Positions 37,628-48,195 are shown, counted from the first letter of the stretch. The stretch: 64,000 nucleotides of DNA from an uncultured virus (IMG/VR IMGVR_UViG_3300025671_000003) (IMGVR_UViG_3300025671_000003), one strand, 5' to 3'. Notes: generated by a model not told the origin, from the sequence alone. Numbers and translations are program-made.

Positions 37628-38482
37628 ATGAGTATTAAAATACTAATAGGAACTGTTACAGCACAAAATAAAGATTACTGCTGGAAAGATTTTAAAAAAC
37701 AATTACTTGGATTACAGAAATTAGGACACGATGTTTTAATAGTTGATAACTCAGATACAATAGTTAATAGACCACCGTTTAAGACTATTCATTACACTAA
37801 AGGAACTTTGTTGAGGAAAAAGTTCGATTTGATAAACAAACAGCAAAAATCAAAAGACAATTATCTTACAATAGTTACTAAAGACTGTATGAATATTATA
37901 AGAGATGAGTTTCTTAAAGGAGATTATACCCATTTATTTATATTAGAGTCTGATGTATTTTTAGATAAGGATTTTAAGTCTTTAGATAGACTAATAGAGC
38001 TTAATGCTGATGTTGCTAACTTTACTTATCCGATGAAGTTAACACGTAATAAAGGAGCTTTATCTTTATGTGTTCAATCAACAAACGCTAAAGGAGAAGC
38101 AAAGATGATAACACCAGACGAAAGTAAGACATTGTTAAATCAAGGTGTTAAAGTTTTAAATGTAGATGTACATAATGATAAGACGTTAACTCATTGTGGT
38201 TATGGTTGTACATTAGTAAAGCGTAGAGTATTAGAGGCTATTGATTTTAAAGCAGTAAGAACTTCTAATGGTGTTACCCCTTTTCCAGATAGTGTATTTC
38301 ATTATGACGTTAATAAAGGCAATTTTTATAATGTTTTAGATACCGATTATATTCCTTATCATTGCAATATAAACAATGAAACAGAGAACTATATGAAGAT
38401 AACCCAAATTAGAAACAATACAACAAGGAGACAAAGACGTGAACAAGATAAGATTAATAAGAAAATACAAAAAAGAGGGTAG
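37628..38482 (+). CDS. GT-A-fold glycosyltransferase
   Basis: IVDNSD, YTHLFILESDV, GYGCTLVKR.VL, PDSVF. Confidence 0.78.
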   Translation: MSIKILIGTVTAQNKDYCWKDFKKQLLGLQKLGHDVLIVDNSDTIVNRPPFKTIHYTKGTLLRKKFDLINKQQKSKDNYLTIVTKDCMNIIRDEFLKGDYTHLFILESDVFLDKDFKSLDRLIELNADVANFTYPMKLTRNKGALSLCVQSTNAKGEAKMITPDESKTLLNQGVKVLNVDVHNDKTLTHCGYGCTLVKRRVLEAIDFKAVRTSNGVTPFPDSVFHYDVNKGNFYNVLDTDYIPYHCNINNETENYMKITQIRNNTTRRQRREQDKINKKIQKRG

Positions 38483-38711
38483 AGTTTTATTAGTTAGTTC
38501 TAACAGATATTATGATTGTTATTTCATTTCTAATAATAAAAGCTATAAGAAGCTACTTGAAGAATTACAGATTAAATTAATAGGCTTAGATGTAGCAGAA
38601 TGTGAACATCAAGACTTAACTGTACTTTTAGAAACTAAACACGCTAATAAATTAATTGCTGATTTGTTTGAGTTGGCAAATGTAGTAAGATGTAAAATGA
38701 TTAAGGTATGA
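38439..38711 (+). CDS. Hypothetical protein
   Basis: ORF overlapping both neighbours. Confidence 0.5.
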   Translation: MNKIRLIRKYKKEGRVLLVSSNRYYDCYFISNNKSYKKLLEELQIKLIGLDVAECEHQDLTVLLETKHANKLIADLFELANVVRCKMIKV

Positions 38712-39334
38712 AGAAAGTTTGTGTAGTACCAATATTCGGAGATTATGACAATCTAAAAGAGCCTACATTTATTAACGATGATTGGAAGTATATCTGTATA
38801 TCTGATAAACACCATAAGTCTAATGTATGGAAAACTAAGATATTTAAAAACGATACATTAACTAACAAACAAAAAAGTGGTTATGTATTAACTCAGCTTC
38901 ATAGACTTTTAGATTATGATGTTGCTATTGTAGTCGGTGGACAAATACAAATCAACACAGACTTAAATAAGTATATCTTTGATGAAGACTTTGTTAGCTT
39001 AGACCACCCAAGTAGAAACTGTATTTATAAAGAAGCTCAAGCGTGTATCTTATTAGACAAAGACAATCCAAAGGTTATAGCTAAACAGATGTATAAGTAT
39101 TTAGAAGAAGGCTATCCAGTTAATAATGGAATGATACAAACTGGCATAACAATTAGAAAAGATAATAATTTAATTCGTACTTTTATGAATAGGTGGTGGT
39201 ATGAGATACAGACGTATTCACAGAGAGACCAATTAAGCTTTAACTATGTGAAGCATCAAATACCAATATCACATAGAGAGTTAAGTAGTAATTTATTAAA
39301 TAAAGAATTTAAACTAAATAAACATAATGGGTGA
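38708..39334 (+). CDS. DUF616/TOD1-MUCI70-like glycosyltransferase
   Basis: IFGDYDNL.EP, HPSRNCIY.E, WWYEI...SQRDQLSFNY. Confidence 0.85.
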   Translation: MKKVCVVPIFGDYDNLKEPTFINDDWKYICISDKHHKSNVWKTKIFKNDTLTNKQKSGYVLTQLHRLLDYDVAIVVGGQIQINTDLNKYIFDEDFVSLDHPSRNCIYKEAQACILLDKDNPKVIAKQMYKYLEEGYPVNNGMIQTGITIRKDNNLIRTFMNRWWYEIQTYSQRDQLSFNYVKHQIPISHRELSSNLLNKEFKLNKHNG

Positions 39335-39482
39335 GATAAAAGAGTTATTAATTAAGAATGGTTGGATTGAAACGAATAACATAAAACCAACATTTAAAAA
39401 GGACGATGTATTTATAAGGGTTGAGGTGTGGGGCGTAACAGATAAAGGTGGTTGTACAAAAGTAATTGATTTAACTAAATAA
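39327..39482 (+). CDS. 51-aa micro-ORF flanked by 16-bp direct repeats
   Basis: Hand translation; AACTAAATAAACATAA at 39312-39327 and 39473-39488. Confidence 0.6.
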   Translation: MGEIKELLIKNGWIETNNIKPTFKKDDVFIRVEVWGVTDKGGCTKVIDLTK

Positions 39483-39663
39483 ACATAAGTAATATGAAAA
39501 AAGGAATAATATTTATAATGATTGCAGTAGCTCTTTTTTATGGGTTGACGTATTTAATGACTGAACTATCATTTGATTACTGGTGGCATTTTCCCACATA
39601 TGTAGTTGGTGGTGTTTTAATGATATTATTTATTGTAATTGGGTGTTATAATATTTTATCAAA

Positions 39664-40389
39664 ATGAAAATAACAATAGTGACAGCAATATGGCAACGTC
39701 CCGAAGTTTGGGATATGTTTAAACAAGGTGTAAGACGTTTAAGAAACCAATACAACGATGTTGATGTTCAAGTCTGTGTTAGTGGTTCAGAGGGTGGAGC
39801 CTCTCAAAACAGATGTAAAGAAAAGTGGATTCACTATGTTGAAATAGAAAACAATCCTTTAGGTAGAAAGATGAACGCTGCATTAACATTAGCAAAACAA
39901 ACTAATGCAGATTATTATTTGTTAATGGGTAGTGATGATATTATCTGCAATAACTTATTTGATTTATATTTAGATTATATTGAGCAAGAGATTGACTACA
40001 TTTATTTAATGGACGGGTACTTCTTTGACACAACAACTAAGCGTTCTTTATATTGGGGTGGTTATGCTGATAAATTAAACTTAGGCAGACCACTTGGAGC
40101 AGGTAGAATGTTAAGTAAAAGATTAGTAGAGAAAATGGATTATAAGTGTTGGTATGATGTTAAACTAAGTGGATTATTAGACCAAGCAATGGATGAGAAG
40201 TTGGCAGAGATTGATTATACTAAGCAAGAAATATATTGCAGAGATAACGATTGTATGTTGTTAGATATTAAGAGCAGTACTAATATGACAAAGTTTGCTA
40301 AATGGAATAATACAGAGTTTATACATACTGATATTATTAAAAATTATTTACCTATATTTGAATTTAATAAAATATATTATGTCAAATAA
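39664..40389 (+). CDS. GT-A-fold glycosyltransferase
   Basis: VTAIWQR, PLGRKMN, LLMGSDD, GAGR, LD. Confidence 0.78.
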   Translation: MKITIVTAIWQRPEVWDMFKQGVRRLRNQYNDVDVQVCVSGSEGGASQNRCKEKWIHYVEIENNPLGRKMNAALTLAKQTNADYYLLMGSDDIICNNLFDLYLDYIEQEIDYIYLMDGYFFDTTTKRSLYWGGYADKLNLGRPLGAGRMLSKRLVEKMDYKCWYDVKLSGLLDQAMDEKLAEIDYTKQEIYCRDNDCMLLDIKSSTNMTKFAKWNNTEFIHTDIIKNYLPIFEFNKIYYVK

Positions 40390-40564
40390 AACAAAAGTGT
40401 ATTTAGTAAGTGAAAAAGAGCCTTCATTCAACACAATAATTGAGGCTAAGAAAGGAGTAAAAGGAAAATGGGAAAAGGTTAAAAGAACTTATCAAGGAGA
40501 TAAACCCGAATACAATTTTCCTAAAGAAGATAACGGATTTACTCATTGGAGGTATTTATTATGA
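40379..40564 (+). CDS. DUF551-like small protein
   Basis: VSEKEP...FTHWRYL; ATG at 40379. Confidence 0.5.
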   Translation: MSNKTKVYLVSEKEPSFNTIIEAKKGVKGKWEKVKRTYQGDKPEYNFPKEDNGFTHWRYLL

Positions 40565-41157
40565 ATAATAAAATAAGCCAATTTGCTTTTGTTTCTCCAA
40601 ACGCTATTATAGGAGATAACAACATCATAGAGGAGGGTGTTGTGATAAAAGATAATGTAGTAATAGGAGATAACAACCATATCTACCCATATACAACAAT
40701 CGGATTAGCTGGAGAAGTTAGAGGAGATGACAATATAAAAGGCAAAGTAGTAATAGGTAATAACAATGTAATAAGAGAGTTTACAAGTATTCAATCCCCT
40801 CAAAGGTATGATTACACTCAAATAGGTAACAACTGCTTTATAATGGATAAAACGCATATTGCACACGATTGTATTGTAGGAGATAATGTTACTATTGCAC
40901 CAATGGTTACTTTAGGCGGTTGTGTTAATGTTGGCAACTATACTAACTTAGGCATTAACTGTTCTATACATCAGAGGCTAACAATCGGAGAAAGTTGTAT
41001 GATTGGAATGGGTGCTATAATAGTTAAAGATATACCTAACTATGAAAAGTGGGTTGGAGTACCTGCTAAGTGTATCGGTTGGAATTTACTTGGCTTAAGA
41101 AAGCGTTACCCAAATAAAACAGAAGAAGAAATTATAGAACTATGTGTGGTATCTTAG
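40561..41157 (+). CDS. LpxA-like hexapeptide-repeat acyltransferase
   Basis: IGDNN repeats, IREFTSI, HIAHDC, IHQ, GVPAK. Confidence 0.9.
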   Translation: MNNKISQFAFVSPNAIIGDNNIIEEGVVIKDNVVIGDNNHIYPYTTIGLAGEVRGDDNIKGKVVIGNNNVIREFTSIQSPQRYDYTQIGNNCFIMDKTHIAHDCIVGDNVTIAPMVTLGGCVNVGNYTNLGINCSIHQRLTIGESCMIGMGAIIVKDIPNYEKWVGVPAKCIGWNLLGLRKRYPNKTEEEIIELCVVS

Positions 41158-41621
41158 CAGTCATAGGAGATTATAGGTATAAAGAAATACCAAAAGCATT
41201 ATTAGAACGTGGTAGAGATGATAACGGTATCTATCAAGATAAACACGTTCAGCTAATACAAACACGCTTAGAGATAACTAAGTGTAATATTGAGCTACCA
41301 TATCAAACAGATAGATATGTATTGTTATTTAATGGAGAAATATACAACTATAAACAGTTTGGAGATAATGAATATGAAGCAATATTAAATGTATATCAAT
41401 ACGGTGGAGAGTTAGACGGTCAATATGCTATTATAGTTTATGATAAACAAACTAAAGAAGTAACAACGCTTACAGATAGTTTTGGCATTCATTGCTTATA
41501 CAAAGATGATTATAATGGTAGTAGGTTCTACTCATCTAATTTAAGAAGTTTACCAAAGATTGAATTTAAAGAAGCACAACATAGAGGATATGGAAACATT
41601 ACCAAGCAAAGAGTTTTATAA
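41142..41621 (+). CDS. AsnB-type Ntn glutamine amidotransferase domain (stand-alone)
   Basis: MCGI N-terminus, RGRD, RLEI, FNGEIYNY, DGQYA, DSFG. Confidence 0.88.
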   Translation: MCGILAVIGDYRYKEIPKALLERGRDDNGIYQDKHVQLIQTRLEITKCNIELPYQTDRYVLLFNGEIYNYKQFGDNEYEAILNVYQYGGELDGQYAIIVYDKQTKEVTTLTDSFGIHCLYKDDYNGSRFYSSNLRSLPKIEFKEAQHRGYGNITKQRVL

Positions 41622-42339
41622 AGCATTTCTAAACGCTATAATTAAGAGAATGACTGATAATATAGTCGTTCCAGTTAGTGGTGGTTTAGACTCAACACTA
41701 ATAGTTAAGGCTTTATATGATTTAGGATTAGAAAACGATGTTCAATATGTTACAATGTATGGTAATGAGTATGCAGATAAGGTAGCAGAAACTTATAGTA
41801 TCAAGTTAGATGTATTTACTCCAGACTATAAAGAAGAAGATTTAGTTAAAATGGTTGAGATATTAGAAGAACCTTTTTATTCTCCAAGCGTAAACTATTA
41901 CTTATATGAAAAAATACATAGCATTGGTGGTCGAGTTTCTCTTAGTGGTTTGGGTGCTGATGAGCTTTTTGGTGGTTATGATTATTATAACACAAATAAA
42001 TACCCTCGAGGTTTGTTTAAAGAAGTTGTGGCGATTTCTAACAAAGAAAAGAAAGCGCAAGATTTACACTTTCTAACTAATCATCATTTAAGAGAGAATG
42101 AGAAGTTAGGGTTATATTGGCAAGTAGAAGGACGTTATCCTTTCTTAGATAAAGTAGTAAGTAAGACTGATGACAATGGTAAGAGTTTAATAAAGGATAT
42201 ATTACTTAGAGATTTTAGTGATGACTTTGTTAATAGACAAAAAGAGGGTTTCAGAATAGATGATAATAAAGATAGAGAACATCAAAAACAGCATTATATG
42301 AAACAATTAAATATTTGGAAGCAGATATTTATGAAATAA
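41590..42339 (+). CDS. AsnB-type synthetase domain (stand-alone)
   Basis: SGGLDS, LSGLGADELFGGY, EGRYPFLD, RQKEGF. Confidence 0.9.
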   Translation: METLPSKEFYKAFLNAIIKRMTDNIVVPVSGGLDSTLIVKALYDLGLENDVQYVTMYGNEYADKVAETYSIKLDVFTPDYKEEDLVKMVEILEEPFYSPSVNYYLYEKIHSIGGRVSLSGLGADELFGGYDYYNTNKYPRGLFKEVVAISNKEKKAQDLHFLTNHHLRENEKLGLYWQVEGRYPFLDKVVSKTDDNGKSLIKDILLRDFSDDFVNRQKEGFRIDDNKDREHQKQHYMKQLNIWKQIFMK

Positions 42340-42377
42340 AGTACTTAATATCGTTGAGTTTACAATATAAAGTTTTG

Positions 42378-42385
42378 TAATTTTG
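42378..42385 (+). promoter_or_regulatory. TAnnTTTG element restarting phage B structural genes
   Basis: TAATTTTG, intergenic. Confidence 0.55.
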
Positions 42386-42402
42386 TTTAATTACTTAATT
42401 TT

Positions 42403-42882
42403 ATGGCAAGACTTAAAACTGTTGTTGACGAATCTCTAACTGTATCTACTGCTTTTACATCAATTAATTCACAAGCATACAATGAGTTAAGTGGTGTTAA
42501 TTGGGCTGATAACGATAAAACATTCCCTTACTTACTTATTGATAAACGTAGCTTTGAAATGGTTGTAAACAGCTATACAAAGACTGGATTACCAAGACAA
42601 ACAACTTATACTTCAAGATTTTACTTCTTTAATACTTATACAGAAACAGAAAAAGCGTCTACAACTTTACAAACAAAGCAAGATGAATTAATAGATATTG
42701 CATCTAAATATTTTGCAGAGTTAAAAAGTAGAAATGAAAGCGGTGCTAATGGTTTTTTCTTAGGCACAACTTCTTTTAACAGTTTAGATGAAATGCAAAA
42801 CGGTGAGTTATTACAACTATCTTATAATGTTGAGTTTATTGTAAACTTAGAAAATTGTACGCTTGGAACTTTTAACTACTAA
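42403..42882 (+). CDS. Putative tail terminator/neck protein
   Basis: Size and position before the gp10-like gene. Confidence 0.5.
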   Translation: MARLKTVVDESLTVSTAFTSINSQAYNELSGVNWADNDKTFPYLLIDKRSFEMVVNSYTKTGLPRQTTYTSRFYFFNTYTETEKASTTLQTKQDELIDIASKYFAELKSRNESGANGFFLGTTSFNSLDEMQNGELLQLSYNVEFIVNLENCTLGTFNY

Positions 42883-43358
42883 TGATTAAAGAAAGAGATT
42901 TAGATAATGTAGGGCAGTTCATAATAAATGAGTTGGCTAAAGAATTGATTAAACAAGACCATTCTGCTACTGGTAAGTTAATAGATAGTTTAGATTACAG
43001 AACAACATCTTCATCAGTAGGAGATACCTTACTTATTGAAATGTTAGATTATGGTAAGTTTGTTAATACTGGTAGAAGAAAAGGAGCAAGGAAAGTACCA
43101 ATACAAGCATTAGTTGATTGGATTAAGCAGAAAGGAATAGCAACAAACAATAAAAAAGCATTAGGAATAGCATTTGCAATACAAAAGACTATTGAAAAAG
43201 AGGGTAGTCCAACGGTAAGAAGTAGAAGAAGTGGTAAAAAAACAGAGTTTGTAGATGATACTTTAGATAGAATTGGTGCTGAAATTAACAGAAGATTAGA
43301 AGAAGCAGCGTTCAAGACTATTGATATTGAGATAAGCAACTTAGTAAAAAGAATATAA
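42882..43358 (+). CDS. gp10-like tail completion protein
   Basis: ATGKLIDS, YGKFV..GR, L.DWIK.KG, AFAI..I..EG. Confidence 0.75.
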   Translation: MIKERDLDNVGQFIINELAKELIKQDHSATGKLIDSLDYRTTSSSVGDTLLIEMLDYGKFVNTGRRKGARKVPIQALVDWIKQKGIATNNKKALGIAFAIQKTIEKEGSPTVRSRRSGKKTEFVDDTLDRIGAEINRRLEEAAFKTIDIEISNLVKRI

Positions 43359-44506
43359 TGGCTATAACTATATACACAGAACCAAATCAAATAAGCACAC
43401 CGTACAGACCTAATTACTTTGATGTATCGAGTGATTTAGGAACTATTATTAGAATGATAGCAGATGTTTATGTTGACGGTACACTTGTAACAACAATAGA
43501 CAAAGACCCTAAACTGGGGTTTAGTAATCAATTTAGATTTGAAGTGGGAGATGTATTAAAAAAATATTTAACATCTGACTTTGTAACACTTAATGCAGAG
43601 GCAGATATTTCAACAGACTTAGCAAGTGCAAACAATTACTATATTAGAGCGTTTGAGGTATTAGATAATTCAAGTACATCTACATTCGATACTTCTTGGA
43701 GTGAAGCAGGAGCAGGAACTAATTACACTCAATCAAGTACTTTAAGCACGTTTAACGGTGTTAATCAACATCAACAAACATTAAGCGACTATATAGCTTC
43801 AAGTGGTTCAAGTAAGTTTTTAACTAATAGACCTAATTTAACATACGTTCCTAGAAGTGATTTTAGAACGGGTATATTGACAGAAGCAAACGTAGTTGAG
43901 TTAAATCTATCTACTTTTACTGCTATTAATGGTGGTGGTTCACAAGTATCATCTACTTCAAACTCCTTAACAGTAGTAGATAATAAAGTTTGGTTTGGTG
44001 TTCAAGTAGGTAATTTTGCATCTACAATAAAATCTTTTCAAATATCTGCATCTAATAATACTCTTGGTACAGAAATAACAGAAACAATGACTTTCAATAT
44101 AGTTGAAGCGTGTGATAATGACTTAACTGTATATTGGCAAAATCATTGGGGGGAGTTCGATAACTACTTATTTAAAGGTAAACAAGGTCAAAAGACTAAA
44201 AACAAAACAACAACAATAGATAATAGATTAACATTAGATTATAGTGTAGGAGATAGAGGAACTAAAGACTTATTAAAAGATAATACAAGAACATTTGATG
44301 CTTATACAAATACTGTTAAAGCGTCTGTTGTTGAGTGGTTAGCAGAGATAGGAGAAAGCGTTGATGTTAAAATTATTAAAGGTGGCGAAGTGATACCAGT
44401 AAATGTTAAAAAAGTAACAACTACAATAGAAGACTCTGAAAGAGCTGTATCACAAATATCAATAACATTTGAAGAAGCAAATAAAAGGATAAATCAAATT
44501 GGATAA
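43358..44506 (+). CDS. Tail structural protein
   Basis: WQNHWGEFDNYLF motif; position. Confidence 0.65.
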   Translation: MAITIYTEPNQISTPYRPNYFDVSSDLGTIIRMIADVYVDGTLVTTIDKDPKLGFSNQFRFEVGDVLKKYLTSDFVTLNAEADISTDLASANNYYIRAFEVLDNSSTSTFDTSWSEAGAGTNYTQSSTLSTFNGVNQHQQTLSDYIASSGSSKFLTNRPNLTYVPRSDFRTGILTEANVVELNLSTFTAINGGGSQVSSTSNSLTVVDNKVWFGVQVGNFASTIKSFQISASNNTLGTEITETMTFNIVEACDNDLTVYWQNHWGEFDNYLFKGKQGQKTKNKTTTIDNRLTLDYSVGDRGTKDLLKDNTRTFDAYTNTVKASVVEWLAEIGESVDVKIIKGGEVIPVNVKKVTTTIEDSERAVSQISITFEEANKRINQIG

Positions 44507-47408
44507 CGTACAAATTGAAATATTAGACTCTGCTAATAACATTGAAGGTGTTTTAGAAGTTGGAGATGTTAAAAACTTTCCATTATCATTAACTAATAGT
44601 ATTGCTGAATTAGTAGATATTAATAAAAGTAATGGTAGTTACTCTGTGCCTTTTAAGATACCAAGCACAAAAGATAACGATGATTTATTAGACCATATAT
44701 ATTTAAGTCAACAAAAAAACTACAAAGATATTGACGCTGAAAAAGATTGTAGAATTATCGTTAATGGTTTAAATATTGATAACGGGCGTTTAAAGATAAC
44801 ACGTATTAAAAGAGTTGGTCAAAGTGGTAATAATTATAGTTTTACTTTCTTTGGGGAAAATATGGATTGGGCTTTACAGATGCGAGGTAAAACAACGCAA
44901 GACTTACCATATTTAGATAATACATATACTTACGATACAACAACACAGATAGCAAGTTGGTCTAATGTAGGTGGTAGTGAGCAACCAGTATTTAGTTTAA
45001 TCAATAGGGGTGTACGTTTACAATCTAATGTAGTTAATGTTGGTGATTTATACCCAGATTACTTTGCTTTAGACTACTTAAACAACGCTTTTAAATCTGT
45101 TGGTTATAACTTTGACAGTACACACTTTAATCAAACAACAGAAAAACAATTAATAATACCTTTCTTTGGTAATAACTTTAGAGATGAAGCAAGGCAAGAA
45201 GATGAGAAAGCTGTTGTTAAAATGGATAGTTCAGCAACCAATTTCGATAATAGCTTTACTGTTGGTGGTACTGCTTTTAATACTGCTGATAAAATAAAGT
45301 TTTACGGTAAGTTATTAAACTATCAAGGGCTTACTTTTCCGACTGGATTAGTTGATGATTTCTTAACAGAGAATAAAGTTGCTGATTATATAGAAACACC
45401 ACTTCCATTAAAAGATGATGGTAATAACTTTGCTTCTAATCAATACGTAGTGCCTTATGCAACAGATTATAGAGCCGCTGGGACTATTGAACATACTTTA
45501 ACATATAACCCTACTGAAAATTGGAATACATACAACATAGACTATAAAGTTAAAGTAACAAGAGGCTCAAGTGTATTTTATATAATTGCTTATTTATCTA
45601 ATAAAGTAACTACAACTAATGTATTAAGTGCTTCACGTTCAGAAGATGTGACTGTCGCTACATTTAAAACTAATAACTTTGCTTTACAAGCAGGAGATAT
45701 ATTAGAGTTATCTTACTTTTTTAGTGTTAAAGCAGTATCAAATTTAGCTACTACAAGTTGGTATTTTAAATTAGAACACGAAAGTCATCCAATATTATTT
45801 AAACCCACAGCAGAAATTAAAGAGGGAGAAGTATTTAATTGGAAAGATGTGAGTGATGATAAAATAAGTATGTTAGATATTGTTAGCGACATTGGTAAGA
45901 CTGCAAATATTATATGGAGAGTAAACAAAAGAAATAAAACTGTATATGCAGAGCCAAGAGATGACTTTTATAATGCTTTAAATACTGCTACAAACTACAC
46001 AGATAGAATAGATGAAAACAACCAAATAGAGTTAACTTATAATTCATTATATTATAAACAAGGTCATAAGTTTAGCTACAAAGAAGATGGCAACGATAAG
46101 TATTTAAAGAAAAGAAATGAAGATGTAGGAGATGATTGGTTAAGCTATGAACATTCTTATCCAACAAAGTTTAAAAGTGGAACTACTAAGCTGGAAACAA
46201 AAGAAATAGCTGCAACATATACAATAGAAGATATTAACGGTGGTGGCTCTTACCCATTTTTTACTGCAAGACTTTGGAATGATGAAACATCTCCGACTGC
46301 ATCAACGGTATTTAAACCACGTTTATTATATTTTAACTATGCTGTTCAATCTACTTTAGATAGTAATACTCCGAGTTTTCAATATTCAACAGAGTCATCA
46401 CAAAGAGCTACAATACCATACGCTTTACCGTTCTCTATAATTCAAGACGGTGTTACTTTAGCAGGTGTTGATGGTGTTTTAAGTTTTAAAGATACTGAAA
46501 CAGAAAACGGTATTTGGTCTAATCACTATTCGTTAACATCACGTGAAATAATAGAGGGTAAAAGAGCAAAGGTTAATTTTACTTTTGATTTAGTTGATTA
46601 CAACGAATTAGATTTTAGAAAAATAATATACATAGATAATCGTTACCCAGAATTAGAGGGTTATTGGCGTATAGATAAAGTAAATGGTTTTAAACCAGCA
46701 GGTGGTAAAAAAAGCACAAAGTTTGAATTGAGTCAAGCAAAAAATTATGAACCTTTAGCACGTTTCCCACTTGGACCTATAAGTACAGAGATAGGAGATG
46801 ACCCAATAAACGGTGGATATAATCTTAACTACGGTAATGGTGTAGACACTATCGGTGGTAATTCAAGAGTATATTCATCAACTAACTACGGTGTTAATAA
46901 TACAGTCGCAGATGATAGTAATACAGTTATCGGTAATAATTTAAGAGTTAGTGGTGGTGGAGTTACTGCTTACGGTATGTATAATGCAGACGTTAGTAGT
47001 GATTTATTACAATTCGGAGTAGGTACAAATGAAAACAATACAAGAACATTAATAAGAGTAGATGAAGACGGTAATGTATATTTTAACGGCTCATTGTTAA
47101 ATGAAAATGGAGATGGTACTGTTGTAACTGTTACTTCTGATATAACAGCAGATGAAAATGTAGATACATATTTAGTAGATACAACATCAGATATAACAAT
47201 AACATTTGAAGAACCTACAACTTTAGGTAAAACTTGGAATTGTAAAAAGATAAACGCTTCTAATACTATGACTTTGTTAGGTGGTAGTGATGGTTCTGGT
47301 GGTGTTTTAGAAGTAGATGGAGATGTTACTGGTGCATCTGCAACATCGTTAAATGACAATTTACCAATTCAATGGTGTGGAGAAACAGAACAATTTAAAA
47401 TATTATAA
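44499..47408 (+). CDS. Large tail tip/hub protein
   Basis: SYSVPFKIPST..N N-terminus, KPRLLY, fibre-like C-terminus. Confidence 0.72.
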   Translation: MDNVQIEILDSANNIEGVLEVGDVKNFPLSLTNSIAELVDINKSNGSYSVPFKIPSTKDNDDLLDHIYLSQQKNYKDIDAEKDCRIIVNGLNIDNGRLKITRIKRVGQSGNNYSFTFFGENMDWALQMRGKTTQDLPYLDNTYTYDTTTQIASWSNVGGSEQPVFSLINRGVRLQSNVVNVGDLYPDYFALDYLNNAFKSVGYNFDSTHFNQTTEKQLIIPFFGNNFRDEARQEDEKAVVKMDSSATNFDNSFTVGGTAFNTADKIKFYGKLLNYQGLTFPTGLVDDFLTENKVADYIETPLPLKDDGNNFASNQYVVPYATDYRAAGTIEHTLTYNPTENWNTYNIDYKVKVTRGSSVFYIIAYLSNKVTTTNVLSASRSEDVTVATFKTNNFALQAGDILELSYFFSVKAVSNLATTSWYFKLEHESHPILFKPTAEIKEGEVFNWKDVSDDKISMLDIVSDIGKTANIIWRVNKRNKTVYAEPRDDFYNALNTATNYTDRIDENNQIELTYNSLYYKQGHKFSYKEDGNDKYLKKRNEDVGDDWLSYEHSYPTKFKSGTTKLETKEIAATYTIEDINGGGSYPFFTARLWNDETSPTASTVFKPRLLYFNYAVQSTLDSNTPSFQYSTESSQRATIPYALPFSIIQDGVTLAGVDGVLSFKDTETENGIWSNHYSLTSREIIEGKRAKVNFTFDLVDYNELDFRKIIYIDNRYPELEGYWRIDKVNGFKPAGGKKSTKFELSQAKNYEPLARFPLGPISTEIGDDPINGGYNLNYGNGVDTIGGNSRVYSSTNYGVNNTVADDSNTVIGNNLRVSGGGVTAYGMYNADVSSDLLQFGVGTNENNTRTLIRVDEDGNVYFNGSLLNENGDGTVVTVTSDITADENVDTYLVDTTSDITITFEEPTTLGKTWNCKKINASNTMTLLGGSDGSGGVLEVDGDVTGASATSLNDNLPIQWCGETEQFKIL

Positions 47409-47410
47409 TA

Positions 47411-48190
47411 ATGGCTTATATAGGTAATAGAGAGTTTTTAATAGAAGTAGCAAAAGGCAATATTGCTGGACATTCAATTATACATAAATTTGGTAAAAAC
47501 ATAAGCACAAATACATCTTTCACACCAGTTTCTGTTGGTGGTATATATCAAACACCACAAACTGGTAGTGCTACAACTTTAAGAATAAAATCTGGTGGTA
47601 ATGCAAATGATACTGCTGCTGGTAGTGGTGCAAGAAAGGTTATGTTGGAAGGAATTGACGAAACTGGAGCTATAGTAACAGAAGAGCTAACAACGGCTGG
47701 AGCGTCTGCAAGTTCAACAACAACGACTACATTCATAAGATTATATAGAGCTTATGTGTCCGAGTCTGGTACGTACGGCACATCTTCAACTGGCTCTCAT
47801 AGTGGAGCTATCGTTATTGAGAATGGCGGGGGTGGTACTGATTGGGCTGAGATAAGTGTAACTAACTACCCAAAAGCTCAAACTGAAATAGGTGTTTATA
47901 CTATACCAAATGGATATACTGGTTATTTAATAAATGCATTCGGTTTTACTGATAGCTCTAAGACTACGGAATTAATTTTCTTTAAAAGAACTGGCATATT
48001 AGATACTTCAGCCCCTTACGATGCAGTTAGAATAGTGTTTGAAGAAAGAGTAGAAGGTGGGGAGTTTAAAGTTGACCCTAAAGCACCGATATTGTTGGGA
48101 ACTGCTTGCGATTGTGGGTTTATGGCTAAAGTAGGTACTGGTAGTGCCGAAGTAGATGTTGATTTTGAAATATTGTTAATAGAAAATTAG
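47411..48190 (+). CDS. Virion structural protein
   Basis: VAKGNIAGHS..HKFG, GSGARKV...G.D, YTIP.G. Confidence 0.6.
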   Translation: MAYIGNREFLIEVAKGNIAGHSIIHKFGKNISTNTSFTPVSVGGIYQTPQTGSATTLRIKSGGNANDTAAGSGARKVMLEGIDETGAIVTEELTTAGASASSTTTTTFIRLYRAYVSESGTYGTSSTGSHSGAIVIENGGGGTDWAEISVTNYPKAQTEIGVYTIPNGYTGYLINAFGFTDSSKTTELIFFKRTGILDTSAPYDAVRIVFEERVEGGEFKVDPKAPILLGTACDCGFMAKVGTGSAEVDVDFEILLIEN

Positions 48191-48195
48191 AAAAT

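Noticed and set aside
41142..42339. Housekeeping asparagine biosynthesis
   Set aside because: The glycosyltransferase context and reduced size favour glycan amidation
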